DNA of 63,136 nucleotides, filler included, from Octopus bimaculoides (GCF_001194135.2; 5 parts of 5 records of this genome joined end to end with filler, not necessarily neighbours in it), one strand, 5' to 3'; positions 23,264 to 35,860 are shown, counted from the whole stretch's first letter. Notes: generated by a model from the sequence alone, not told the origin. Numbers and translations: made by a program.

Positions 23264-24216
23264 AATTGATGTATCAATACCAGCAGATGACAACGTTTCT
23301 CTAAAAGAAATGGAAAAACTTTCAAAATACAAAGACCTGGAAATAGAGATAACTCGAATGTGGAATCTAAAAACAGAAACAATTCCTATCATAGTAGGTG
23401 CCTTAGGTATAATAAAAAAATATTCAGACAAATACATAACAAAAATACCAGGACTTACAAATATATATAACATANNNNNNNNNNNNNNNNNNNNNNNNNN
23501 NNNNNNNNNNNNNNNNNNNNNNNNNNNNNNNNNNNNNNNNNNNNNNNNNNNNNNNNNNNNNNNNNNNNNNNNNNNNNNNNNNNNNNNNNNNNNNNNNNNN
23601 NNNNNNNNNNNNNNNNNNNNNNNNNNNNNNNNNNNNNNNNNNNNNNNNNNNNNNNNNNNNNNNNNNNNNNNNNNNNNNNNNNNNNNNNNNNNNNNNNNNN
23701 NNNNNNNNNNNNNNNNNNNNNNNNNNNNNNNNNNNNNNNNNNNNNNNNNNNNNNNNNNNNNNNNNNNNNNNNNNNNNNNNNNNNNNNNNNNNNNNNNNNN
23801 NNNNNNNNNNNNNNNNNNNNNNNNNNNNNNNNNNNNNNNNNNNNNNNNNNNNNNNNNNNNNNNNNNNNNNNNNNNNNNNNNNNNNNNNNNNNNNNNNNNN
23901 NNNNNNNNNNNNNNNNNNNNNNNNNNNNNNNNNNNNNNNNNNNNNNNNNNNNNNNNNNNNNNNNNNNNNNNNNNNNNNNNNNNNNNNNNNNNNNNNNNNN
24001 NNNNNNNNNNNNNNNNNNNNNNNNNNNNNNNNNNNNNNNNNNNNNNNNNNNNNNNNNNNNNNNNNNNNNNNNNNNNNNNNNNNNNNNNNNNNNNNNNNNN
24101 NNNNNNNNNNNNNNNTACCATAAGAGCATCACAGCAAACCACAGCACATACCCAAGGCACACAGAGCTGCGCTCGGTAGTGAAGTGAAAGCACATTATAA
24201 AAATAAAACTACTGAA
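23259..24216 (+). mobile_element. 5'-truncated R4/Dong-like RLE LINE, copy 2 (different subfamily; spans a gap)
   Basis: LIDVSIPADDNVSLKEMEKLSKYKDLEIEITRMWNLKTETIPIIVGALG. A 3'-UTR-like segment at 24116-24216 is followed by (AAT)n. Confidence 0.85.
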
Positions 24217-24236
24217 CCATGATAATAGTAATAATA

Positions 24237-24319
<83 letters not shown>

Positions 24320-24407
24320 CATAATCTTCGACTTGATAATAACAGAGGAACATACCTTACCGTTTATTAGAATATATGATCTGAATTATGTGTATTATGT
24401 GTTTCAG

Positions 24408-24442
24408 GCCTTGAGAAACTGGGAAGTTTTATTATTAATCAT
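24408..24442 (+). CDS. Orphan gene B, candidate exon b ((S)LEKLGSFIINH), phase 1-0
   Basis: gtttcag acceptor and CAT|GTAAAT donor. Phase fits the neighbouring exons. Short, so a chance match is possible. Confidence 0.35.
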
Positions 24443-24713
24443 GTAAATATATTCTGGATACTGTCGCTCTTATTTCTACATGAGAAGTAAGTAATTATCT
24501 CGATTTAGTTTCATTCAATAATTGAAAGATTTCCGCGAGGAACAGCTGGCGTATTAGCTATGTGAATTCATCAATCTGTGCACTGCTTGATGGATCCTGG
24601 AATTGGATGGATCATTAATGGTTTAATATCCCTTGCAAGCAATTTTCTGGAGTGATGAACCCATGAGAAAAAGTCAGCGATTTTCTATTATTCTTGTTAT
24701 TAAACTTTGTCAG

Positions 24714-24762
24714 AACGATAATGAATACTTGAACTCAATTCTCCATACGAACAACTCTGCTG
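24714..24762 (+). CDS. Orphan gene B, candidate exon c (NDNEYLNSILHTNNSA), phase 0-1
   Basis: Pyrimidine-rich tract plus tttgtcag acceptor, G|GTATTC donor. Phase links exon b to exon d. Confidence 0.35.
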
Positions 24763-25059
24763 GTATTCAAATTGATTTTATGCATAACAACACAAATATC
24801 AAATGGAATATATTCAAAACATCTTGAGTTTAGATGCACTGAAACTTGTTGTGAGTTCTGAGTGGAGAGTTTATTATGCCTTCCATAAATGTGGTAGGCG
24901 ATATTAAAGATCCTACTTCAGAGATAGAATATTACGAATTGGAATTTTAGTTTCAAAAAAATATACATTATGAAATCGTTACGTGTACGCAGTGATAAAG
25001 CTTATCATTCCTGCTACCACCGCTCCCACCGAAATGACTCCCACCAGCAACATCAACAT

Positions 25060-25265
25060 CAGCAATAATAATTATTTCTACCTAAACTTTTGTGGGAGGA
25101 ACCCAGTTTATTACATTAACCCCAGTGCTGAACTGGTACCTATTTTTTCGACCTCGGGAGGTTGAAAGCCAAAGTCGACCACGGTGGAATTTGAACCAAG
25201 AACGTAAAGGCCGAAGAAATGCCGCTAAGCATTTTACCCTGTGCGTTGACGATTCTGTCAGCTCA
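25060..25265 (-). mobile_element. SINE family A
   Basis: Reverse-complement similarity to the 54887 copy. Confidence 0.75.
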
Positions 25266-25484
25266 CTTATTTAGCAATCATAAAAATGGTTTTAGATTTT
25301 GACACAAGGCCAGCAATTTTAGGCGAGGTTAAGTCGATTACATCAATCCGAGACCACAAGTGCTACCTATATTATCGATACCGAATGGATGCTGAAATGA
25401 TGAAGAGCAAAGTTGACCCCTGACCGCAGTGGGTAAAGCTGGAAGCAATGCTGCAGTTTACGATTTTGCCAGCTCGCTACCATA

Positions 25485-25873
25485 GTGGTAAGTAACTTGC
25501 TTACCAACCACATGGTCCCGGGTTCAGTCCCACTGCGTGGCACCTTGGGCAAGTGTCTTCTACTATAGCCTCGGGCCGACCAAAGCCTTGTGAGTGGATT
25601 TGGTAGACGGAAACTGAAAGAAGCCCGTCGTATATATGTATATATATGTGTATGTGTGTATGTGTTTGTGTGTCTGTGTTTGTCCCCCAACATCGCTTGA
25701 CAACCGATGCTGGTGTGTTTATGTCCCCGTAACTTAGCGGTTCGGCAAAAGAGGGCGATAGAATAAGTACTAGGCTTCCAAAGAATAAGTCCTGGGGTCG
25801 ATTTGCTCGACTAAAGGCGGTGCTTCAGCATGGCCACAGTCAAAAGACTGAAACAAGTAAAGAGTAAAGAGTA
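25485..25873 (+). mobile_element. Near full-length SINE family B (tRNA-like head, internal (TA/TG)n, 3' (gagtaaa)n tail)
   Basis: B-box ggttcagtccc. Near-identical to the 29628 copy. Confidence 0.9.
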
Positions 25874-26167
25874 ACCTAAAGGTTCAATAATAGATCAAGA
25901 AAGATATGGGACGATAGAATACAATATGATGTGGGAGATTTTACACAGGTGTGTAATTACTAAAGGTAGCATATAGAAACAGACAAAAAAATGAAACAAG
26001 AAAAATCGTGGATACGTTCAATCTTTGCTCGCGGAAGTCCGTATAACCGCTGTCATAACCAAGGATGCCCCTCTCTCCCTATCCGCTTCCCTAAATCTAC
26101 AAGCGCATCCACAGATCAGACTCGTTCAATTAGACCATTAGTGTCACATTCATTCATATTTCAACAG

Positions 26168-26247
26168 ATGGTGATCATATTTCTCCTATTTCATTGACAG
26201 GCTTGAGTTGTCGTATCAGACTGTCTCCTGGCATTGACGACAAAAGG
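26168..26247 (+). CDS. Orphan gene B, exon d ((D)GDHISPISLTGLSCRIRLSPGIDDKR), phase 1-0
   Basis: atttcaacag acceptor, with an in-frame alternative acceptor ending at 26200. AGG|GTACGC donor. Only this frame is open. Confidence 0.55.
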
Positions 26248-26855
26248 GTACGCCTCTGCAAGCGAGCAGCTGATTATCGTCGATGCTCAGGCTCTCACCA
26301 AGAACGGTGTCGACCTATGAACTAACCCACCACCAGTAAAATGCCAATGGTTTCAAATTTAGGCACAAAATGACTATTTATAAGAGAAAGAAGGTTAGAC
26401 GATTTCACTGACCAAGAACATGACTTCTAATGATAGGTCTTCCTTTGATGCCACTGATACAGAGTCACAAAAACACAACTACATACATGGATATATATGT
26501 ATATGTGTATATGTGGAAACGCAATTATAATTACTATTAAAATTATAATTATATTATAATTATTAAAATTTTTTTGTAACACATTTGCATTGTTTTTCCA
26601 AACGTACGTATGCATAGAATCCAGTTTTGTAATAAATTCATTTCTGATTCTACATTTTTTATCCATTTTTTTAATACTTGTTTATGTTATATGTTTATAC
26701 TTATAACGAAACTGCTGAAATATTATTTTCATATTCTTATTACTTACTCTGGAAATTTTTTATGAACATGATGAATCTTTATGAGAAATCATTTCCTCTC
26801 TCTTTTTGGATAACCCAGAAAGTTTGAATTGTTCTTTTTGAATACATTTTTCTCA

Positions 26856-26947
<92 letters not shown>

Positions 26948-27996
26948 AAAACTCACAGGTATACTCACATGGACACACATATTCACACACATTACATTCA
27001 GACATAATTTATGCTTAAGTTGCATGAAGCCTGTTCTCTTCCATAATATATCAAATTAGGAGAATTCTTGAATGTTTGAGATATCCTCCGCTTCTTATAT
27101 AAAGCTCGTTTTCAATGCAATATGATGATTATAACGCATCTTTAGGAATTTACGCCGCTTCGTATCTGATATGCCTTTATTTTTCTATACCATATAAATT
27201 ATTTACACTATTTCTCAGTTGATGTTTGTTTAAATTATGCACAGTGGTTTCTAAGTGAGTTCGACTCTTTTTGCATGGGTCCTTTGAGTACGGTGATAAA
27301 CCCGAGGGCTTGTCGTGCTGATGTTGCCTACTGAGGCGGTAACACACATCCACGATTGTCCTCGTATCTCCAGACTATTGGCCTCTCTTTGCCATTAATG
27401 GCATATCAACTTTAAAGAACTTTGGTTCTCAAGATTATCTCCTCTTCCCATATGAAGCTGGACTTAATTGCCATTTGGTAATTATGACCCTTCAACTAGA
27501 GGCGGAAATAATTTCAATAAATCAAGAATTTATGATTAATGGTATTTGATATACCAGCATTTGTCTAAGACATGATACCTCCATCATCGATTCTAAATCT
27601 TCTTTTAGCTTACAGATGCACACTTATATGAGCAAGCATGTATGTACATATATATGCAGATACACACATACCCTCACACACAAACACATTTACATACTCT
27701 CTTATATATATGCGCACATATATAAAGCTACGAACAAAATGTCTTCCATTATATGTTTCGGTTCATTACGTCCTGAGTTGAAATTTCGCAGTGGTCAACA
27801 TAGCCATTGATCCTTCCTATGTCCATAAAGTAGAATCGGTTGCATCTGCTGTTGATCTCTGTCAGTATAAAATGAGATAACATATAATAGAGTCCGAATC
27901 CCAACCAAGTTTAGGTCTCTGAAGAGAGGTTAAATGACACACCCGCTGGAATACACTGCTGTAACGGAAATATAATCTATCTGTGACACCTTATAG

Positions 27997-28225
27997 TACA
28001 ACCTACGCCTCAGTAGCTGCTTCGACATCAATCACAAGGGTAACATGATTAACGAAGATGACAAATTTATTGTTAGGGGAAACATCACATGCAGACAGTC
28101 GTCTGCTGGAATACCAGCGAAAGCAATGCAGTATTTCTCGAGCTCTCTCAGCGAAAGGAAGGCACATCTCACGGAAGCAGGACAACTTGTGAAGGGCTAC
28201 GATTTGAGTAGGGCTACGATCACCC
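27997..28225 (+). CDS. Orphan gene B, exon e (YNLRLSSCFDINHKGNMINEDDKFIVRGNITCRQSSAGIPAKAMQYFSSSLSERKAHLTEAGQLVKGYDLSRATIT), phase 0-1
   Basis: 76 open codons bounded by ccttatag and C|GTAAGA. Coding-like GC content. Overlaps ORF 28045..28347. Confidence 0.65.
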
Positions 28226-28393
28226 GTAAGATGATTGCCCCTGAGTGTCGTTTTCTTTTATTTGAAATTTTGTTAGTTAGAATGTTTTTCTATTGTTTTA
28301 CACTTTTCCATGTAAAACGAAAAAACCGTTTTTTTTCTTTATATTGAATTAGGTTTTTTTCGTGGCTGATAAAGAAAGAATTATTATTTCTTT

Positions 28394-28590
28394 AAGGCAG
28401 CGAGTGCGCTAACAAGATGCTCAGCTGCATTTCGTTAGTCTCTAAGTTCTGAGATCAAATTCCGTCGAGGTGGACTTTGCCTTTAATCCTTTCTGGGTCG
28501 ATGAAATAAGTACCCATCAAGCTCTGTGATCGATTAAATAGACTGGCCTCTGCGCCCACATCTCAGAGCGTGTGCCTGTAATACAAAGAA
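28394..28590 (+). mobile_element. Degenerate SINE family A
   Basis: aggcagcgag...gttctgagatcaaattccg..gactttgcctt. Confidence 0.7.
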
Positions 28591-29627
28591 ATATTACCAT
28601 TATAATTAAACTATTGTGAAAAGAAGTTTATTTTAACTGGATTATGATTTATCCATTGTTAATATTCTAATTATTTGGAATAGATGATGAATAGAATTAT
28701 CATCCATCAGCATCTCATAAGTTATGATAACAAAGATTATTAATTCATTACTGTTATGTGTGTGTTTGTATGTGTTTCTGTGTGTGTGTATTTTCATATT
28801 AATATTAATATGCATACCATGACAAAAGCCAACATGTTTCTAAAAGCAATGAGATTATAAATGAAGAACGTCTATTGTGAAATAATTAAAACTTATTATG
28901 AAACATATTTGAATAGAATTTTACTATTATAACAGGTTATTAATAATGCAGGATATTATTACAGAATATGATATTTATATTGAATTAGATGTGAATAATG
29001 GAAGAAGTCAGAATTAGTTTTCTTTCTAAGAAAACTACTTGAAAATATCACATAGTAGACAACAGATTAATTGTGCAGTGCTGTTTAGATTATATGAAAG
29101 TTAGGAAGATCACTAGAAACCATTGCATGAGGACATTCATTTACATTTTAAATTCATTAGTTATTCTGCTAAAAATTATTTGAGAACATGATAGAGTAAA
29201 CAGTGATTAGTCAAACATTCCAACAAAATGTTCACAAGAATCTGAAGTTAGTGTACTACAGTTTAGAGCTAAAACCAACAAGACAAATCGTTCACAAAAT
29301 AACCAGTCTTTATAATTCTAAAGAGTAAGCTCAATGTATCTTTTTCGTTTAGCAAAATAACCATTAAAGTTTCAGTAAAATTTCGCCAGGGTTTGTAGAA
29401 AAAACATGCGTAATAGATACACTTTAACAATATATCACTTACATCAATTTTACACTAACATTTTTTGAAACTCTTGCATAAAACAACGTAGTAACTTTAC
29501 GATTCCAACAGAAGAACGTTTTCAATTTAATAAGAAAAATAAGTACTTCGTAGAATAAATTATAAATAGTGTTAGAGATATATCTTTGTCTGGAACAATT
29601 AGAAATACTATATTGAAAATATAAATA

Positions 29628-29792
29628 GGTGCAGGAGTGGCTGTGTAGTAAGTAGCTTGCTTACCAACCACATGGTTCCGGGTTCAGTCCCACTGCGTAG
29701 CACCTTGGGCAAGTGTCTTCTATTATAGCGTCAGGTCCACCGAAGACTTGTGAGTGGATTCGGTAGACGGAAACTAAAAGAAGCCCGTTGTA

Positions 29793-29831
<39 letters not shown>

Positions 29832-29850
29832 NNNNNNNNNNNNNNNNNNN

Positions 29851-29891
<41 letters not shown>

Positions 29892-30099
29892 TTGTGTGTC
29901 TGTAGTTGTCCCTCCAGCATCGTTTGACAATCGATGCTGGTGTGTTTACGTCCCCGTAACGTAGCGGTCCGGCAACAGATAAAGATAAAATAAGTACTAG
30001 GCCTACAAAGAATAAGTCCTGCGGTCGATTTGTTCGACTAAAGGCTGTGCTCCAGCATGGCCGCAGTCAAATGACTGAAACAAGTAAAACATAAAAGAT
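29628..30099 (+). mobile_element. Full-length SINE family B (intronic in gene B)
   Basis: Head ggtgcaggagtggctgtgtagtaagtagcttgc, internal microsatellite, tail aaacaagtaaaa. Confidence 0.9.
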
Positions 30100-30191
30100 A
30101 AACTGTCAATGAAACCATTGTTATGTTGCCATCTGTCTGAAACTAATCATCATTTTTACCTTCACTTCATTAATGAATGTTTCCATATTAG

Positions 30192-30306
30192 AATCGGTCA
30201 ACGAAAATATAACTGATTACGGGTTTCCAACGAAGCAATCATTTGATCACTGTACTTCTGACAATGAGAGACAATCTCAAGAAATTACATTTTGCAGTTT
30301 TCTCAT
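30192..30306 (+). CDS. Orphan gene B, exon f ((Q)SVNENITDYGFPTKQSFDHCTSDNERQSQEITFCSFL), phase 1-2
   Basis: tttccatattag acceptor and AT|GTGAGT donor. Open in the phase dictated by exon e. Confidence 0.65.
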
Positions 30307-31298
30307 GTGAGTTTGGATACATTGAGGTGAAGATATACACACATACACCTATCTGTCAACACACACACAAGAGGGTTCTTTGTATCAAATTTTACTAAGA
30401 TAATGTTCAACCTGAGGCAGTGATAGGGGACACTTTCCTAGAGGCATGCAATAGGATTGAAACAAGAATCTTGTGATTGGTCAGTAAACTTTTAAAACCA
30501 CATAGCTATGCCTGCACCCAGTTGCAGATGATAAAAACAATGTAGCCTTGTCTAAGAGACAACTTTACAACAAGCAATAGCTACTTGGCGCCGGTATGAC
30601 TTTGCTCCGGTTTCAGTTTACAGCTCTTTAGTCATAACATTACTACTTCGGTAATTTGAATGTGAAAATGATATATATTTAAAACAAAGCAAATAAGTAA
30701 AAACACAATTTAAAAATTGCTAACATTTTGTATAACCTTTAAATATTTATATCAAAGATCGGCAACTACTTTCTAAAATGACTGACTTAATATTTTTTAA
30801 CATTTGTTCATGACCCAAATATATATCATATCTTCCCATATATAAAAATAATATTTTCATTTGTATTTTTACATCTGGTTTGCAAGATTCTTTATGTGAA
30901 CTTGTGTGTTGAAACAAATTTTGTTGTATCTTGGGTGAGTCATTGTACCAATATTAATGACACATGTACTGGTTCAATTATCGCATTTAAAAAATTAAAT
31001 GGAGTTCTTTTACTCCAAACACAGATGCCCTTGCATTTGCAGGCATCACTTCAATTAAAGCTTTGCTTTTGAGGAACCAAATGAGATGGCGTGGCCCTAT
31101 TGTTCGAATGGCAGTGTCCATATATGCATGTATGTATGTATGTATGTATGTATGTATGTATGTATGTGTGTGTGTAAATGTATGTATTTATGTATGTATT
31201 TTTCGATCAATGTGAAGCTGAATCTCAGCGAGCTTTTGGTGTACACAGTTTGTAACAGATCACGTCTTTCTTTTGCTGGGCTGAAATCTCATTTTCCG

Positions 31299-31586
31299 AC
31301 CCATGAAAAACGAACCACACCAACTACCTATATGTCTATGCCCACTTAACAATGCTGTGTATACCAAAAAATTTGCAAATCTAACGGAGGCCTCTAAAGC
31401 CATTTTCAAATCCCAAAGATCAGAACTTAACTGTAGCTCGTTGTGGTCCAAATCAGATACGCAATCTATGTGAGTACCTTTTCAATACATTGTCTGGTTT
31501 CAAAAGCCACATCAGATGCCATGATGGATCTAAGGTGCAAGTACAAGAGACAATCAGGCTCTGCATAAGGAGTAGACAACCACCAT
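31299..31586 (+). CDS. Orphan gene B, probable further coding exon(s); boundaries unresolved
   Basis: Two overlapping long open frames (31285-31470 and 31385-31607), each ending at a strong donor (GTGAGT at 31470, GTATGT at 31587). No clean phase-2 acceptor. Confidence 0.4.
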
Positions 31587-33338
31587 GTATGTATGTATAT
31601 TTGTAGGGAGTAAGGAAATGTAAGTGAATACCAATTCCGAATGATATTCATCATTCGCTCAGAGTATAATATCAAACGAACGAAGAAGTGAACATAGCGA
31701 TATTACATAACTTCATTAAAACTTACATTCCGTTCACTAGAGGAGGCATTTCATCAACTTTTTTCATTGGCTTGTACAAATAAACGTGTAAATCTATACA
31801 ATAATTGATTAGGTGAATAATTAACTAATTAACTAATTAATTACTGTATGCATTTCCACATATTTAGATGTATATACCAATGTATCAATTTCCGAGTCTT
31901 CCACAAGCTATTGAAATATTCGTAATCTTTAAAACTTGTAATACTATCATCTTCATTCAGTTATATNNNNNNNNNNNNNNNNNNNNNNNNNNNNNNNNNN
32001 NNNNNNNNNNNNNNNNNNNNNNNNNNNNNNNNNNNNNNNNNNNNNNNNNNNNNNNNNNNNNNNNNNNNNNNNNNNNNNNNNNNNNNNNNNNNNNNNNNNN
32101 NNNNNNNNNNNNNNNNNNNNNNNNNNNNNNNNNNNNNNNNNNNNNNNNNNNNNNNNNNNNNNNNNNNNNNNNNNNNNNNNNNNNNNNNNNNNNNNNNNNN
32201 NNNNNNNNNNNNNNNNNNNNNNNNNNNNNNNNNNNNNNNNNNNNNNNNNNNNNNNNNNNNNNNNNNNNNNNNNNNNNNNNNNNNNNNNNNNNNNNNNNNN
32301 NNNNNNNNNNNNNNNNNNNNNNNNNNNNNNNNNNNNNNNNNNNNNNNNNNNNNNNNNNNNNNNNNNNNNNNNNNNNNNNNNNNNNNNNNNNNNNNNNNNN
32401 NNNNNNNNNNNNNNNNNNNNNNNNNNNNNNNNNNNNNNNNNNNNNNNNNNNNNNNNNNNNNNNNNNNNNNNNNNNNNNNNNNNNNNNNNNNNNNNNNNNN
32501 NNNNNNNNNNNNNNNNNNNNNNNNNNNNNNNNNNNNNNNNNNNNNNNNNNNNCAGCAGCTAAAGCTGAACTACCAATTCCTAGTCGTTTTAATTCTAAGT
32601 GGATGTAGAATACTAGCTGCGTTAGATCTTTTAATTGTGATAAGGAAAAAGATAAATGTAGCTATATTACCATATTTCGCCACCCCCCTCATTGCTATTC
32701 TCTTATGCAACTCAAAATTATAGTTAGGGTATTTTCTCCCTAAGTTTATTCTGCTGCCATTAGAGCAACTACCATGTAATTCTTTTATTCTCCTGTTATG
32801 ATGAAAAATTTGATAAAAAATTATAATGGAATATCCAGTATTTTGAAAGCCTATTTGGTCTTATGCATCCTAGAAAGGCGGTGTATTAGAAATTGATGTA
32901 ATGCTTGCATTGTTCGATTAAGTGGAGCCGCCTGAAACGGCTGTAATGCACTAATACCTTAACATCCTTGTTACTTATCTGTTTTTTTATTCATCTTACA
33001 TAGAGCTGTGTGGATGATATCAGACTGAATTGGTGTATCAAATTAAATGCCTAATTCTACTGAATCTTAATTATATAGATAGATAAATAGATATCCATAG
33101 ATACATACAAGCACGCACACATGTACACAGCACACACGCACATATATAAGTGCGCGTGCGTGTATGTGTGCGTGTGTGTGCACGCACGCAAGTGCATTTG
33201 CATGAATCAAGAAATGAAATGTAAATGTAAGGATAACGATTCTGCTGACAAATAAAAACCCGAAACAAAGATAGAACGAAAGTAAACAAGCACATTTGAT
33301 ACCATGTCTTTGCAAAATTAATTATTAATTTCTAATTA

Positions 33339-33551
33339 TCGTAGCAGGTACTGAAAAGTTCTTGGCTTTAGGTAAAAGAAACTTCAGGCGGCTCAGTTAA
33401 TTATGATTTTATACAACATATTCCTCTTACAGATTCACACACTTATTGTAACAGCTCTTCATCATTTTCCCTAAGAATTCTGTTAGCTGGGCTTCCAGCC
33501 AAGCCTTTCGCGTTATAACTGAAAGCTAACAACTTTTCAGTATTTCTCGTA
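33339..33551. mobile_element. Mariner-derived MITE
   Basis: Inverted termini ...ggtactgaaaagtt / aacttttcagtatttctcgta, with TA at both ends. Confidence 0.7.
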
Positions 33552-33916
33552 TATACCAGTCTTTTATTATTTTTCGTATTAAAAGTGCAAATTCGTGTTT
33601 CGTACTTTTATGTTTCCATGGCAATATATTTATTCATGTTTAAAGTGTAATTTGTTATGATGACTCAAACACGAAAAATTACAATCTGCTATTTCGGAAA
33701 GCATTACATCAATGTATTGTGTAAATACGAAACGTGGTTTTTGTTTCATTTCTAGTTTATAAATGTGTTATGTAAAATATTTAAGTCATGTACGCTGCGT
33801 TGATTTGATAAATATATTAATATTTCTTCAATTTCGCGCCAGGTTGTCATGGCAGGTGTATATGTATAAGTATGTGTATATCTATCAATCTATTTATCTA
33901 TCTGTATGTATGTATG

Positions 33917-33957
<41 letters not shown>

Positions 33958-34974
33958 GTGTGTGTGCGTGTGTGTGTGTGTGTGTGTGCTTGCCATGAAA
34001 CATAATTTGATTAATCTACAATTCTGTCTTTATTATCTAGCATGACCGTACATATTGGTGCTATTGAAAGTATATTTATAACTTAGGTTCTGTAGTCATG
34101 TGCCATTCATTCGGAATCCGCTCATTTCGTTTATATTTGGAGGTGGATTGTAAAAACTGTTAGTACTTTGATCGGTTTGTATACGATTGCATTTTATATA
34201 ACACTAATCATGAAAAGTTAGAGGTCTTCCATTTTTGTTTATACATTTAAAATGTGATTTCAAACTTTCGTGACATTTTACAACTGAGTATAACATAAAT
34301 AGATTTTGCGGTGATATAGTTCACACTAGAGGTTGCATTGCAAGCGCTCTTTACATGTTACGGATTGCCAGCCCAATCTTTTATAATTCGAATGCTTGCT
34401 GAGTTTCGATCAATGAGTGACATGTTTCCGACATTAAAATGGAAAATATTGCTGTGCCCGATCTATGAGTGGCGTTAAGTGTGTTCTTTTTTCTCAGAAG
34501 GACATTCACTGGAATTAGCGTTAGTTTAACCAAGCAGTGAAGGTTAACAAGTCGAACAATTCTCGAGAATGCAGGAAGCAACTTCAAGATAGAAAAAGTC
34601 CTCAATAATTTTAATGATGAATAAATTTACTGAGATTTTGACGGTCGAGGCGAAGCAGTTCCGAATAGAAGAGTAAAATTCCCGGTATGTCCACTCATAT
34701 ACTAAACTTAAAAGTGAGATGAGCTCGATAGGATATAAAATGGCAAACCATTCCCCATTCACAATGAAGCCGTATCAGTCGCCGTGTAGAGTGAAACGTG
34801 TACCAAAATGTTTCAAATGGATGGTTAGTAATTTCTTCTCCCACGAAGCCGTTTTCAGCATGAACGAATGTATCACGCTTAGGAAGTTTCTCAAAGTCAA
34901 TACCAAGAAATAATAGCATATTCGCTTGTGCAACTGGCCTTAATTTCCAGTAGGAAAATAAATTTTATAGATGC

Positions 34975-35270
34975 AGGCTTTGCTGCGTGGTAAGAAGTTT
35001 GCTTGCCAGCCACACGGTCCCAGGTTAAGTCCCACTACATGGCACTTTGGGCAAATGTCTTCTACCAATGTCCTGTGTGTGGATTTGGTAGACGGAAACA
35101 TACGTATATGTATATATTTATTTGAGTCTCTCTGTGTCTCTCCAGCCACCATCGATTGACAACTAATATTCATGTCTTTACGTTCCCGTAACTTAGCGGT
35201 TCAGCAAAAATTGAACGATGTAATAAGTACTAGGCTTAGAAAGAATAAGTCTTGGGTTCAATTTATTTAA
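34975..35270 (+). mobile_element. Degenerate SINE family B
   Basis: Head and 3' part similar to the 25485 copy. Confidence 0.75.
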
Positions 35271-35530
35271 AAAAAGTAAACCACTGGAAAAATACCACTG
35301 TTTTATTCGAAATATATGTCAGAAGTATAAGGATTTGAATAACACTTGCGTTTAACTTGCGTTTGTTTATATATCTACGTTATACAAAAACATTTCACTT
35401 AACCCTGGAATTTCTACCTTTATAATTAGGCGGTTACATCCTTGGTAGCTATGTGAATTTTTGCTACCCTAGTAACTATTTATTTATTTTTTCCGTGTTA
35501 TTTGTACACATTGATAAAATACACATACAT

Positions 35531-35563
<33 letters not shown>

Positions 35564-35764
35564 NNNNNNNNNNNNNNNNNNNNNNNNNNNNNNNNNNNNN
35601 NNNNNNNTTAATTAATTAANNNNNNNNNNNNNNNNNNNNNNNNNNNNNNNNNNNNNNNNNNNNATGAAACATACGTCCTATACAATGTTGGTATCCGATT
35701 AGAATATCTTGTGGATGTATTTCTCTTAATCGATTTGTAATACGTTTTAATGCTTACATAACAT

Positions 35765-35793
35765 ATTTATAATTTATTTCTCAACTACCAGAT

Positions 35794-35833
<40 letters not shown>

Positions 35834-35860
35834 CAACATTATCCTTTACGAAACATTTCC
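35765..35860 (+). other. Candidate non-coding first exon of ZNF unit 1 (paralogue ends at 38955 in unit 2)
   Basis: Conserved CC|GTAAGT donor at 35861 and 38956, matched by a conserved ctctctaatttcag acceptor at 36606, 40295 and 43634. The start position is approximate. Confidence 0.5.

Noticed and set aside
28003-28185. Minus-strand ORF over exon e, and a minus-strand open frame over exon d
   Set aside because: The exon e ORF is the codon-aligned antisense of the plus-strand frame. Splice signals and the phase chain favour the plus strand.
32553-32608. AAKAELPIPSRFNSKWM* as the last exon of gene B
   Set aside because: The acceptor would be in the gap and 18 codons is too short to distinguish from chance.
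34381-34919. Cluster of 64-74-aa ORFs on both strands
   Set aside because: Stops in every frame across the region and no recognisable motif; possibly a decayed element, not classifiable by eye.
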